Below, piece after piece: positions 1 to 13,767 of a stretch of DNA of 64,000 nt. Below the pieces are notes generated by a model, which had not been told where the DNA came from, did not search any database, and saw only the letters and a list, made by a program, of their open reading frames with translations. The translations under genes were made by a program, and so were the position numbers. Numbering within the stretch: the first letter of the stretch is position 1; the number at the start of each line of letters is the position of its first letter. The DNA comes from Eledone cirrhosa (taxonomy: Eukaryota), in assembly GCA_964016885.1 (NCBI GenBank), contig OZ024740.1:308264001-308328000 (forward strand). Direction: 5' to 3'.

Positions 1-53
1 CTGATGCAAATATCTTCATCATTATGTATGGTGTGACAAGCATCTACTTTGCC
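1..53 (+). CDS. STT3A: STT3A exon (5' end outside the window), DANIFIIMYGVTSIYFA
   Basis: Translation matches the STT3A TM region; GTGAGT donor at 54; phase 0 joins the next exon. Confidence 0.9.
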
Positions 54-155
54 GTGAGTATTTTACTTCTCAATTTTTCATATATTGTTTTGCTATTTCT
101 AATAAATAAACATTGTTGTCTCTCATTGAGATGAAGCGAGAGTATATTTGAATTC

Positions 156-541
156 ATAGAAGAATGAGAAAACTCATTGCTAGAACAACCATTAAGACAG
201 CCAAATGCTGTCAATGACAGTGATGGGCAAAAGTGTCTCAGAGGACAGAGACCAGCAGCCAGTGTTCGGCAGAGACAATCCATAGGTGGGTGACAGGCAG
301 ATGAAATATAGGAAAGATTGAGAGAGGAGGAGGACAAAGAGAAGTGTTGGTTTCTCCTTGTCTTCCTCTTCTCTCAATCTTTTCTATATTTCATCTACCT
401 GTCACCCATCTCATGGATTGTCTCTCTACTGACCACTGGCTGCTGGTCTGTCTTCTGAGGCATTTTTGCCCAGCGCTGTCATTGACAGCATTTGGCTGTT
501 TTAACAGCTGTCCTAGCGATGAGTTTTCTCAGTTTTGTTAT
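156..541. repeat. ~190-bp-arm fold-back inverted repeat in an STT3A intron
   Basis: Left arm gagaaaactc...gacagccaaatgctgtcaatgacag...ggaggacaaagagaa is mirrored by the right arm across a spacer of a few nt; the arms are moderately diverged. Confidence 0.9.
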
Positions 542-741
542 TCCTCTTTCTTGGTGTTATATTAGGTCTTTCTGTCTTTAAAGATTTTGTTCACTTGTGT
601 TACATTAGGACTCTTTGTTGTTAGTGATATATCATTGTCTTGACTCATTGTCTTTTAACATAGTTTTGTTCTACACCATTGCTATTCCTTTGTTGAATAT
701 ATTTTTGAAATGTCTAACTTCCATTATGTTCTCTTCTGCAG

Positions 742-903
742 GGTGTGATGGTGCGTTTGATGCTGGTGTTGGCACCAGTTATGTGCATTCTTTCAGGGAT
801 TGGTCTGTCCTCCACACTAACCACATATATGAAAAATTTAGATTCTACACGCAAAGAGAAAAAGATAAAACGATCAGATTCATCTTATCCACTGAGAAAC
901 GAA
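742..903 (+). CDS. STT3A: STT3A exon, [12 protein letters not shown]...YPLRNE
   Basis: Conserved VMVRLMLVL motif; ctgcag acceptor, GT donor; 162 nt. Confidence 0.93.
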
Positions 904-1559
904 GTACGTATACCCACTTTTGTTCTATATGTATTGTAAATTATGTACCTTTCAATATCTGACACTAAAACATATCTCTTAATCCTTTTGATACCAAACT
1001 GCCTGAAACCACCCTTGATTCTATGATATATTTGTTTAAAAGTATTTATATTACCCCTCCCCTATTCACCTTTCCCCGTCATAATACTCTGCCCTCATCA
1101 ACTAAATATATCATTCACCCCGTCCATGTCCAATATGCATAATTGTTCCCTATCCATTTTATGTACTCTCCTGTCCTGTTCAATCCATGCATACAAGCAT
1201 GGAAAGCTCTAAATCTGCTTCCCCCCCCCCTTTCTATAAAGCACTTTCACCATCCTGCATGGAGATCTGGTGCCACAACAAAAGCACCCTGTCCATCCTG
1301 TAATATGATCATACTGGTAACATAACAGGCTTTCTGTTTACCCAGTCCATCCTGTAAGGTGGTCATGCTGGTGACATGACAAAAAACACTTCGTCCACCC
1401 AATCTACCCTCTAAAGTGGATGTGCTGGTGACAACAAAAAGGACCCACGCCACTCTGTGAAGTGGTTGTGCTGGTGACACAACAAAAACCACCCAGTCCA
1501 TTCCACCCTGTTAATTGGTCATTTTGGTGCCTCGATAAAAAGCACCCGGTCCATACTGT

Positions 1560-1720
1560 AACATTGGTTGGTGTTAGGAATGGCATCCAGCTGTAGAGAC
1601 CAAGCCGAAATACAGATCTGTATGAACACGACGTGGTCAGCTGACCTGACTTGTCTCATAATGTGACAACCCGGCTAACTCATGCAAGCATGGAAAATTG
1701 GACATTAAATGTTATTGATG
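1560..1720 (+). mobile_element. SINE with Meta/MESC-like central domain and (ATG)n tail
   Basis: tggttggtgttaggaa(g)ggcatccagc motif plus tail; related copies at ~6565-6745(-), 10436-10700(-), 11175-11425(+), 13115-13252(+). Confidence 0.6.
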
Positions 1721-3278
1721 AGGATTTATCTAAAAAACTATCACCATAATTTTATGTAAGAACATTTATGTTCCAAACACCAGCTTCGTTATCATCATCA
1801 TCATCGTTTTTACATCCATTTTTTCCCTTCATGCATGGGTTGGATGGATCCTTCTCAGCACGGCATCTCTTCACTCATCGTGATCCTTTGTTTTCTCCTA
1901 AATCCCACCAAATTCTTTATTATTTTTGCAATTATTTGAAAATAATAGGCAGTCTTTTATCAGAAATATGGTAATGAAAGAGTTAATATTACTGTTAATT
2001 ATTATATCCTTAAGTAGAGCAGAGAGTGGAGAGGGTTTAGTCTACCTCTACACAGTTTTCATATTCTGATGGGGTTGAATAAGCAATTAAATAAAGGGTT
2101 GACATCTCTGTTATTTCATTATATGACTGCTTGTTTTGCCAAAAATAGCAGTCAAATTTCCCTTCAATTAAACCCTTCCCTAATCATATTAAGAATGCAA
2201 TGAGCACATTAAATAAGGTATTTCAAGATATACTGTTCCTGAAAAAGACTGAATATCCATTACCTGGAGTGCCATTAATCATATATCTACTTGGAACTAA
2301 ACAAAAATAAGCTGTTCAGGGTTGGCATAGACACTAGTAAAGTTCAGCACTGAATCCAATGAATTATTCTTTTTTTTTACTAAAATTGGTGTTATATCTA
2401 ATTAAGAGCAATCAGTGATGTTTTCTAAAGTTTTGGCTCTAAACTTTGAATATGTTTTCCATTGTGTATCTGTTTGATAATTCTTTACTCTCCAACCATG
2501 GGTCTATGTCTGACTCTGTCCTTTTGCTTTTATTATAACAATAAAAACTCTTGCCTTAGAATTATTGAATCTATGCTATCATTACCTAAATTTACTCTAT
2601 ACATTCATTTTTCCTCATCAGACAATGAGAGAGACGTCTACACAGTTGCTTTTCCTGCTAGAAATAACAGCCAAATCTCCCTTATATCATACCCTAGGTA
2701 AATGCAAAGGACCCTTAATTCCTGATGGATTAATAAGAGCGCTGTCCTGACACATATCGTGGACATTTTACACCTGGCAATCTCTCTCCAGGTTTGAGTA
2801 CAGCCGATTTTTTTCAAAGAAAGATAGAAAAATAAATAGAAAACAACCAACCCAGTACTAGACTGTTACTTTAACTTGACCTTGGTGAAATTTTAACTCA
2901 GAACATAGTGTGCCGGAACAAATACCAAGGCATTTAATCCAACACCCTAATAACTTTGCCAATTTATCATCTTCATATCGTACCATATTGTCATAAAATA
3001 TCCTGTCTTTGTTTAAGGCATAGCATATCTTAGCTCTATTACGCACTGTATAGCAGCCAAATCTTCTTCAAACTATGTTTTCTTTTGTCAACTTGAGCTT
3101 ATAGGAGGTGATTTGATGGTACTTTAGTTGCTATTCCTAGCAGCTCAATTGATTACATACATGCTTCCAAATGGCCCATCCATAATAACATTATGATAGT
3201 GGTGAATCTGATCAGTAAATGTTGCTAATATATCTAATGTTCTTGACTTTATTAACATTTTCTCTCTGACCATTTCAG

Positions 3279-3467
3279 ATTGCATCTGGTGTTGTTTTAA
3301 TGATAACCACCTTCTTAATATTGTATACATTCCACTGTACATGGGTCACATCTGAGGCTTATTCCAGCCCTTCAATTGTTCTCTCAGCTCGAGCTGGTGA
3401 TGGTGGAAGAATTATTTTTGATGATTTCCGAGAAGCATATTATTGGTTACGACACAACACTCCAGAG
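3279..3467 (+). CDS. STT3A: STT3A exon, IASGVV...[11 protein letters not shown]...[16 protein letters not shown]
   Basis: Conserved AYSSPS and DDFREAY motifs; tttcag acceptor, GT donor; 189 nt. Confidence 0.95.
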
Positions 3468-4645
3468 GTTTGTTTATTATGTTTCTTGGTATTGTGTGTT
3501 TTGTTTCTAAATCTATATTTGCCTTTCTTCAAACTAACATCAATTTTTCCATGATAAAAGGGATCAGATTTGCATTCATTTTAGAAGAAAATATTTTCTT
3601 GAAAGATCTCTGCTTTTTTGAACACCACGAACTCAACTTTTATATAGATATGGTTCCCTATTTTCATCTCCATAAAATGAGATATTTGAAGTACATCTTG
3701 GTTGAAAAGACAATAAGCAATAACTAAAGCAAACTTGAATCAAAATCAGTAATCCAGCACTTAAATTCACAGACTAGAAACTGATGTCCATGGTTGAATG
3801 GCTTTGTGTTAACAATGCGTGTTAAAATGATGATGAAGGAACATCTCATTGTAAAAGTTCTTGCTCCAACTATTCCTAAGCAAACATCCAAGCCATGTTA
3901 CTGTGTGAAAAGGTTAAATATTATTTCCTATTCTTTTTTTTTAAGATGAAATTTATGAAGAGCTGAACTAGATTAAAATAGTTTTAGATAGTTGTACTTT
4001 GTTCTTGTGTTGTGTTAGTGATACTAATCTCTCAATATCATAGCCTTTGCATCTGTTTGACAGCTATGTAGACCATGTCAAAGTAACAGAGATCTGAGTT
4101 AATAGGATATGTGGATACCAGTCAAAGAATCTGCAGTTCCAATGTTACCATCTCTAGAAGGTATCCTTAGTCAAAATATTTAAAGTCTCAATGGCCCCAG
4201 TCTACTTAGCTGTAAATATGTACCAGAGTGCAGCCCAAAACTTCATCTCTAAGCAGTGGCAGCATTGTTCAATTAACAAGTGGTTTGTTAGCTTGTAGTA
4301 CCGAATTCAGCTGCTCCTTTGAGTATATCTTGGAGAGGGATGGGCTCTGCCAGCCTGATACCACCTTAGATATACTGTAAATATGAAGTATTCAGTGGTA
4401 CCTCTATAATCCATGAGTTATGGTACCTACCAGTCCATGTAAGTTGTGGGAAGTGAAGTAACTTGTTTTATGTCACAATTCATTCATTATCAGTACTGAG
4501 GTTTAAACCTGTGACATTTTGACTCAGAAGGTTTTGTTCCAGTACACTTGGTCTGAGGACCATCATACCATATTAGAGAAAATAAACCTGCTCTTGGTAT
4601 TGATTGAAAGGTAAATGATTATTAACTGAACTGTTCTTTCCTTAG

Positions 4646-4762
4646 GATGCGAAAGTTATGTCTTGGTGGGATTATGGCTATCAGATAACGGCAATGGCAA
4701 ATCGGACAATATTAGTGGATAATAACACGTGGAATAATACGCACATATCCAGAGTGGGCCAG
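4646..4762 (+). CDS. STT3A: STT3A exon with WWDYG and DNNTWNN motifs
   Basis: Reads [39 protein letters not shown]; cttag acceptor, gtaagt donor; not in the ORF track. Confidence 0.97.
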
Positions 4763-4988
4763 GTAAGTAGATCCACTCATGATTATCTTTTTTTTCCTTG
4801 TAATTAAACACTTTTTTCTTGATACTATTGAATTTAAAGTCTGTCCCAAGCACATAAGCTTATCAGGTTAAAGTTTATTCTGTATTCATTGATATTTCTG
4901 TTGATTAAGAGTACAAGATATGAGGGGGGGGTGGGCAGCCTATTGCAATGTTAACCTCCCAGTTGCTACTGGTACTTATTTTTTCATT

Positions 4989-5261
4989 TACTCTCGGGTC
5001 TCAAATAGTCGTCCCCACCCTGCTTATTAATTTTTCAGTGGCAATTAATTTTTCTGTATGCATAAAAAACGTTATACATGACAAAAAAGTACATTACAAA
5101 AAATCCCATATGTTATAAAATAAATAGGATGGGTTGGGGATCTCAGTATATAAACTAAACAACTAATTCTAGTTTTGTAAAAAATCGAAGGTGACAACCT
5201 AGAAAAATGACTGATTCCCTGTGCTTATTCCAACCCCTTTATTATTTGGGACTTGAGAGTA
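4989..5261. mobile_element. Tc1/mariner-type MITE inserted in a SINE
   Basis: TIRs ctctcgggtctcaaata / tatttgggacttgagag flanked by TA. Confidence 0.7.
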
Positions 5262-5731
5262 AGTGAACTGGAGCAATATGAAATGAAATGAAACAACTTG
5301 TTGAAACACACTGCTGTCCAGTCCAAGAATCAAACCCACATTCATATGATGTTGAGCCCAACATCCTAACCACTAGGCCTAGCAGTTAATTCATAAATAT
5401 GTTCACTTTTTCTTGGACTCTTGCTATTTGGCAATGTTTGTTTTCATAGTTTAGTCTTAATTATATGTTGTGTGTTTGTGTGTATATCTGTAAATGTATG
5501 TCAGTTATTTATAACATTTCATAAGAGGCAAAGTTTGTGTATTAACTGAATAACTAATATATGGTTATGTAGTAGACTTATTGAAATTGTTTGTATGTAT
5601 GTTCATCTTCATTGAACTGCAAAACAGAACCTTATTTGACCAAGTGAGATTGTTCTTACTTCCATGTCCATCACTATATCAATCTGATCATGCAAATATT
5701 GTCAACTTAGAACAATTTTCTTTTTTTATAG

Positions 5732-5834
5732 GCAATGGCTTCACCAGAGGACAAGGCTTATGAAATAATGCGAGAATTAGATGTAAATTATGTTTTGGTC
5801 ATTTTTGGTGGTTTGACTGGATATTCTTCAGATG
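5732..5834 (+). CDS. STT3A: STT3A exon, [34 protein letters not shown]
   Basis: Conserved sequence; tag acceptor, gtaagt donor; ends in phase 1. Confidence 0.95.
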
Positions 5835-6928
5835 GTAAGTCCTTGTACTTTCATCATTTTTCTTTATTTTCCAGTGTAGCAACTGAAAAGAATGTTGGGG
5901 TTGGGATATTGAAAGTGCATCATTTGAGATTAGAACTTTTTAACTACTAGATATGTTCTACTGAATCTTACAACCACATCTGGAAAGCTGAAGTAATATT
6001 ATAATCCGACTTTATATTAAATATATTTAAGGTTTCATTAAAATAAGGAAACTGTATTATGAATCTGTCTAACATACCTTAAAATAACAGCATATCAAAG
6101 TTAGCTAATATACACTAGTAGAGCACATTTGATGCAGGTAAATGACAGTGCTTTGCCTTCATTTGAAATGAATTGCTTGAATTTTAATTAAGATGGTGTT
6201 GCTTAATAGTGTGTTCAACATCATTATTCTATTAGTGTTAGTGATGTCACTGATACCTGACTCTCTGACTGTTGGAATATCATTTTTATCACTGAGTAGA
6301 AACCTTTGTAACCATGATAACCTTTATATAACTATAGGTTACAAGTGTTGGTTTTGCGTCAACAAATTAAAACATTCTAAAAACATTTGTGTCCATCTTG
6401 TAAAGAATTGTGAAGTATTGCCAAGTAGTCTTATACAATGAGTATAGCAACATTTTAAATGGAAATTATGAGGCTTCATCTAATACATCCAATCACTTTG
6501 TACACTAACATATATGGTAGTCAAACAAAAGAGAGCGAGAGACATGTCATACAGCTTGTATATCATCATCATCGTTTTAATGTCCACTTTCCTTGCTAGC
6601 AAGGGTTGTATGGTTGTGCACAGGGGAGGTTGTTATGTCTTTGACACAACTAAGGGTCCTCTCAAACCTTTGTTTGGCAAGCTTTCTATGGCTGGATGCC
6701 CTTCCTATCACCAACCACTTTGCAGCGTGTACTAAGTGCGTTTATCGTGTAGCTCGCCAATACTACAGAGGCTGTCAGGTATATATTTAATGACTTGACA
6801 CTCAGAAAGAGATAAAATCTGTTAAAATCTTGATCTAGAAGTCTTTCTATTCACCTCAACTTATATCTTTACTGTAAATAGGGATGATCTATGTGGCTTT
6901 TTGGATAATGTATATATTGTATTTTTAG

Positions 6929-7117
6929 ATATCAACAAATTTTTGTGGATGGTTCGGATTGGTGGTAGCACAGAAAGAGGTACTCACATCAAAGAATCTG
7001 ACTATTACACTCCACAGGGAGAATTCAGGATTGATAAAGAGGGCTCTCCAATCCTTCTCAACTGCCTTATGTACAAGATGTGTTATTATCAGTTTGGTTC
7101 TGTTTACACTGAATCAG
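6929..7117 (+). CDS. STT3A: STT3A exon with DK motif, [13 protein letters not shown]...VYTES
   Basis: DxxK motif; RIGG and [11 protein letters not shown] are STT3A-type rather than STT3B-type; phases are consistent. Confidence 0.95.
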
Positions 7118-8200
7118 GTAATCCTATTTTTTTTCTATTTCTTCACCTGATGTTTGTATTTTTGTTTTGTAGTCACATCCAGTGTTTTTTATTGAGATAT
7201 ATTGAATATTTCTAAAGAATATGTATTTTGATAAATAAGATTATTGATCTTATTTTGGATATGTTTGGTTTATCTAGTATTTATCCAGAAATTTGTTTCC
7301 TTATCTATATATTATTTTATATCAATTTACGAAGCCAGCTTAGATGTAATAGTTTTGGGAATTTGAACATTTTCATTTTCAGAAGGAGATAAGTTGTATG
7401 TAGCCACAAGGTATCTGGCATATGTAATCACTGTGTTTATTAGAAACAATGGCTATTTTATTATTATTTAGAATACAAATATATTCAGTGTTTGCAGATT
7501 TTATTTTATTATGAGGGAAGCTTAAACCAAGGTTTTGGACTGAAAAATCCAGATTATCATGTAAACGCCAGGCTTTTAAATGTTGCAGTAATCATGGTTA
7601 TTTTTTTCATTTAAATATTTTTAATCAGTTTATAGAAGAAATATTTATCTTGCCATAAATCTGTCTTGATTTCAATTTCCAGCTTCTTATATTTGGATAG
7701 GTTTATTTATATTTTGCAATTTTCCATCCAGCTTTTCATGTAATTTTGGTCAAGCAATTATACAAACTCAGCCCCACCCTAACCATCAAACCTATCTCCT
7801 CTCCCTTTTCCCCTCCCTTTCCATGGCCTAATAGTCCTTGCTTTTTCCTTTTTCCTCTCATTTATGACGTTTATAGTCCTTTCCTCTACTTTCCTTTACA
7901 GCCAAATCTACCCCCCCCCCTCCGTTCATTATGTAATTTTGTTTTTATCCTTTTTTTTCATATTTCCATCATTTTTGGTTAGGTTATTATTGTAGATTTG
8001 AATGCTAACTGATATATTGTTGGATCTTTGTTTTTACATTTTACTGGTCAGTAGTAAGCTGAAGCTTAAGGATCTACACAATGGATATAGTTAGTTGAAC
8101 TCATGAACATAGTAACAATGAATTGGGTTTTATTAAAATAAATGTTTTAAAATCTTCTAGTTGCTCTTAATTATTTTTTTTTTAAATTCATTTATTTCAG

Positions 8201-8346
8201 GAAAACCAACAGGCTACGACAGAGTTCGCAATGCTGAAATTGGCAACAAAGATTTTGAACTGGATGTCCTAGAAGAGGCCTACACCACTGAGCATTGGTT
8301 AGTTCGTATCTATAAAGTGAAAGACCTTGAAAACCGTGGTGTATAA
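8201..8346 (+). CDS. STT3A: STT3A terminal coding exon, ...[30 protein letters not shown]
   Basis: Short STT3A-type C-terminus; tttcag acceptor; TAA at 8344-8346. Confidence 0.95.
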
Positions 8347-8743
8347 CAATGCGAGTAAGCTAAAGCAATGTTCTGTAGAGCAAGTCGCTAGCATTCATCT
8401 GCTGAAAGACGAAAATAAGAAGTTCTTCATTTCATTTACATCTCAGACATATCGCACAATATCAAAAAAAAAAAAAAAAATTCAAATTGTTTTCATTAAA
8501 GCTCTTTGGTTTAAAACTACTGACCTAACTTTTATTGTTCTCTTCCTTATTTGTTGATCTATTCTCTTAATTTCCTCAAAAAATAATAATGTACATTTAG
8601 TTTTTAAGAATCTCTGAAGATGGAGAGGATTTATATTAATTCACTCTTCAGGATCAGATTTCATACTTTGAGATCCTCACATTGTCCATCATTGAGTTAG
8701 GATGTTAGAAATAGTTTAACTTTTCCATTAAAAATGTGATATG

Positions 8744-8749
8744 AATAAA
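8744..8749 (+). promoter_or_regulatory. Candidate polyadenylation signal of STT3A
   Basis: AATAAA about 400 nt after the stop; a longer UTR cannot be excluded. Confidence 0.4.
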
Positions 8750-10744
8750 GTTGATTTAAGTACTAAAGATTGATCAGATTTAGAATGAGTTTATTATCTG
8801 ATTTAAATACCATCTTCTTTTTTTTCCTCTCTCTCATACACGTTCATTCATATATTACATGCATACACAGTATTTTGATTTAAGCAATTGCAGTTTGATC
8901 TACACTTGCATAGTTTATTTTTTACTGATATGTATTCCCCAATATACACCAAACAGACAATAATATATTAAATATATATTATTCATGTAGTTGATATAAA
9001 GTCGAAGACAATATCAAACCTGTTATTTCTTACTGCAAGCTTTGTTTCAACCAAAGTCTTTATTTTAACTGCTGAACTTGGGGTCCTATCCACCATTTGC
9101 TTTAATTTCTTCTCCTCTCTCTTTCTCACTATTTTAATTTGAGTGAGGCTGGTAATATATTGAGACGTAAGTTGATAAACTGTTTAAGAAAATGTTAAAT
9201 CATTTGTTGAACATATATATGCACATGCTTATATAGGTACAATCCTATGAGGATTGTACCTATGTAAGCATGTGCATATATATATGTGTGTGTATGTGTG
9301 TGTATTAAAAGGCCAATAAATTTTTTTTGGAAGCCAGTACAATGTAGAAAAATACAAAGAGCAAATGATAACAAATGAAACAAAACAAAAGTAATGTTTT
9401 AGTCAGTGTGTTTTAGCATGATATTCAGGGCTATCACCTTCTTTTCAGATGTTAAGCTGACACAGTCCAAAACAAAACAAGAAAGCAATCAGTTTTCTTC
9501 CCTAACTGGTCTATGTGCTTTCAAAATGCATGAATAGGGTTGCTACTGTAACCATTCTGCTTCGTGCATTTCTGACCTATTACTTATCTCTGGTTTTATT
9601 CTCTGATGAAAATTGCTTCCTTAATCCTTAAATTTCCTATATTCCTTTCAGTCGCCTCTATGGTGACCTTAATGTCTTGGTTGCAGCATCTGTCAAGATG
9701 TTTTTAATGGAAAAGGCTCTCGTTGTTACGTGTTCTTTGATCCATATGTGTAACCTCCTTATGGTACATCCAATGTATGAGGAGCTACATATTTTTTGCT
9801 TGTGATCTTATAGCCAACATGCTCTTATGAACACTTCTGCATTGTTGATGAGAAGTTAGGAAGTATGCATATACCACTGTATGTGGGTTGGTATCTTTGG
9901 AGAAGTCTCTTCAATGAGGGTCCCAAGTGTGCCAACCATATTTTCAGTCCCTCCCTATGGATGACTTGTCTGATGGCAGCTTCATCTCATTGGAATGTGG
10001 CAGCTTTATTTTATATATATATATGTATGTGTATGTATATATATGTATATATATATAGGTGTATGTATATATATATATAATGTTGAACAATGAAAAACAT
10101 AAGACAAAGTGTAGTAAATTAATCCATTACTTTACAATCATTCCAGAGGGCAAAAACATATATATATATATTGATAGATAATAGTAATACTTTCCATCTG
10201 AAGCATATAGTTATGCATGCACAATGATCTATTTTGATTATGTGAAGTATATGTTAACTTCTATATTTAGTTATAAATCTGTATACTTATGTATATTTAG
10301 AATTAGTGTATGTTTGTATGTCAGTGTTTGGTTGTGTAGCAGTAACTGCATATCTATGTATGTAAATGTAGGTAGGTATGTATGTGTAATCATGTGACAC
10401 TGTACTGTATAAACATGTATATATAATGGTATATATCATCATCATCATCATCACCGTTTTACGTCCATTCTTCCATGCTAGCATGGGTTAGACGGGTTGT
10501 CCTGTTGTGGGCAGTGTCCAGTCGGGGACCTTGTCTTGCTCATACGGGAACTATTCTAGCTTGATTTCTACTGCTGGATGCCCTTCCTAACACCGACATT
10601 TAGTGAGTGCTAGGTGCTTTTTTTTTTTTCCGTGGCGCCTACACGTCCACTTTACAGTGTGGGCTGGGTGATTTTTTGGCGTGGCACCTCCACGACCACT
10701 TTGCAGTGGAATGATAGGGACCCCAGTCCTATCATCTCATTTCT

Positions 10745-10876
10745 ACAGCTGAGTAAACTGGAGCAATGTGAAATAAAGTGTCTTGGTCAAGGAAGCAACA
10801 CATCACCCGGTCCAAGAATTGAACTCACAACCTTTTGATTGCAAGCCCAATGCTCTAACTACTAAGCCATGCGCCT
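10745..10876 (-). mobile_element. tRNA-derived SINE (V/CORE-like body)
   Basis: Minus strand has A-box tggcttagtag and B-box gagttcaattc, then ccttgaccaagacacttta; related copy at 5262-5380. Confidence 0.6.
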
Positions 10877-10950
10877 TCACAACCACACACTTCAACAGCA
10901 TTCTAATAAAAATGTGTGTACGTTTTTGGGACACCCTGTTTGTGTATATT

Positions 10951-10982
<32 letters not shown>

Positions 10983-11021
10983 TAGAAGCACAACAACCAC
11001 TCTAGTGTTGGTGATCTACAC

Positions 11022-11163
11022 CAGGCGTGTCAAACTGGGGATTACACGACAACTAATTTTAAGAAGATAAAATATGCTTACGTTGTAAAAACCTTTGTGG
11101 GGTACACAGGTGTGCTTGTAAAGGTCCACATGTGGCCCATGGGCTGCATGTTTGACATGCCTA
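11022..11163. mobile_element. hAT-type MITE
   Basis: TIRs caggcgtgtcaaac / gtttgacatgccta; 8-bp TSD atctacac / atttacac. Confidence 0.7.
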
Positions 11164-13081
11164 ATTTACACAATAAAAGCACCCAGTGCACTTTGTAAAG
11201 TGATTGGTGATAGGAAGGGCACCCAGCCATAGAAAACTTGCCAAACAAAGGGTTGAGGGGACTCTTCAGCTGTGTCATATGCATGGCTGCTTCCCTAGTG
11301 TTGGTGCTATGAGAAAATACACTCGGTAGAGTTCAGGATTGTATGTTGTGCCAACATGAAGGTCAGTGTCCCCACTTGAGTACTGACTTGCTAGTAGGGA
11401 AAACGGACATTAAACATTGATGATGATATATATGTATACACACACACGTACACACCAATCTTTGCTAGTGGGAGAACTGACATTAAATGCTGATAATGAT
11501 GATAGTCTGTTTATGTGTGTGTAAGTGTATGTCACCGTCTATGCATGATTATAAATTTGTGTCTATTTGTTAAATGTTTAAGTATATTTATAAAAGTAAG
11601 TTTGTATATTTATCATCACAGTGTTTATATTTACAAGATGTCTTTTATGAATAATGTTTAGTAATCATTTATTTTAAGATTGCAGAGAACTTCCTGGTAT
11701 GTTTCATGAATTAAAATGACAATTTTCTTTGTTTTTTTTTTTTTGTTTTTTTTTGCATCTGAAAGATGCATTGGTTGACACCGCATCTCTGTCCACTTTT
11801 TTCCATTTTCTAGTGTGCTGTTACTTGATTTTCTCAACTATTTTTCAAATTGATTAGCTATTGTCATAGTCATTTACATAGGGATGACTGCATTTCCAAT
11901 TTTCCCAATGTTTCTTAAATGAACTAGATGTCCACACTTCTAACTACAGGTATAACTCTTAACATCCTGTATGGCAGTATCGGTAGAACACTGGACAACA
12001 TGCTATATGACATATGGTTACAACCCTTTACGATCTGGGTTCTAATTCTGCCAAAGTTAGCTTTGCTTTTCATCCTTATATGGGTCGATAAAATAAAGTA
12101 CCAGTAATGCGCTGGGGTTGATTTAATCGATTTTTCCCCTCCCACAAAATTGTTGGCCATGTGCCTGAATCAGAAACTAATAATTTTGTAAAAAATATTT
12201 GAAAATGGTTTTGTTAATTCAAATATTTATAGTATCTTTACTGGTGGACAGATAATTTTGAAAGTTTGTATCAAAGTATGGACTTCAATTTTTAACATGA
12301 TCCAGTCAGAGTGTTATTTTGTATGGGTATATTAAGAATGTTTTGCTAATGTAGTGCAAGATGTTAAAAGTTAAAATTTTCTAAAATGTGGTAACTGGTG
12401 GCCAGGAATCCCTTACCATAATGATTAATACAGTCACCCAACCTTTGATAAATGTGGGATTTAATTCTTCACTTTTTCCTATTCCAAGGATACTTTACCC
12501 AATTTTCTCTAAACACTTGCATGGAGCCTGGTGACCTACTGTCTGAAGACCTACTGTCAACCTCTCCAGAGTTTTGTTTTTACAACTAGTAATCCTTATT
12601 TTATATTTTCTCAAAGTTTCTTAGGTCAACTAGATTTATACTAAGGAAAAACTAGTGAATCATCCTCAGGTGGCTTCATCTGAGAAATCAAACTATCACA
12701 TTGAATGTTGAACGGTATATATATGCCAGGATTAACTACAATCCAATAAACCGATCTCTGCCTCTCTTTTTTCGTGTGTATATGTGTATATATATGAATG
12801 TATAAATATATATGTGTATGTATATATACGTATATATATATGTATATATAATTTTCTTCGCCCACTTATTCCTGAAAGGGTCGTGGGAGCAGAGTCCTCA
12901 AATACCTTTTGCGGGTCCTGTCAGAAGCAACTGTCTCCAACTGATCCGGCTGGATCTCATATATATATATATATATATAATGTGTATCTGTAAATATATA
13001 TATATATATATTTAATTACATAGCTCTATACAATACATAGAGCACTCTTCCTTCCTTTACCTTTTCTATGGAAATACTTAA

Positions 13082-13112
<31 letters not shown>

Positions 13113-13767
13113 ACACGGTTGGTGTTAGGAAGGGTATCCAGCCATAGAAAACCCGCCAGACAGTCCTATGCGAGCAAGACAACCACTCTTGCCTCAAGTG
13201 GGAAAACTCCCGTCCAAACGCGTGGAAGATGGACGTTAAACAATGATGATGATACACATGTATGTGTATATGACAGTATCAATGACAAAGTTGATGCCAG
13301 CACCTAGTAATCTTCTAAATAGAACAGGATTTTCATGAGAAAAGTATTCTAAGGGGGCTTCTGAGAAGATTTAAGTTAGGATCTGCAAGCTAGCAAAACA
13401 CAGCATTGAATTGCCCTATATGGTGCCTATCTACAGCCAGCTAGCCTGAACCAATAGAAACTATATGTACAAATATATTGTACAATCTCATTTTTTGTAT
13501 TTCCTTGGCAACTAGTTAATGAATATAGCATTGTAGGTGACCCAATCCAGAATAAGATGCCTTTGCTTTTCACTTCAACTCTGTATTTCAAACTGTATTT
13601 TTCTTCCTCATTCTTCCTTGCTTCTGTCATCTTTCTTCTCATTTCAACTTTAACCCTTATCCAGCAAACATTTCTTAACTGTATCTTGTTAGTACTTAAT
13701 TACTGTTTAATTTGCCTCAGCTAGTTGTTGTAAGATATTGTCATTATTATTATTATTATTATAAGGC

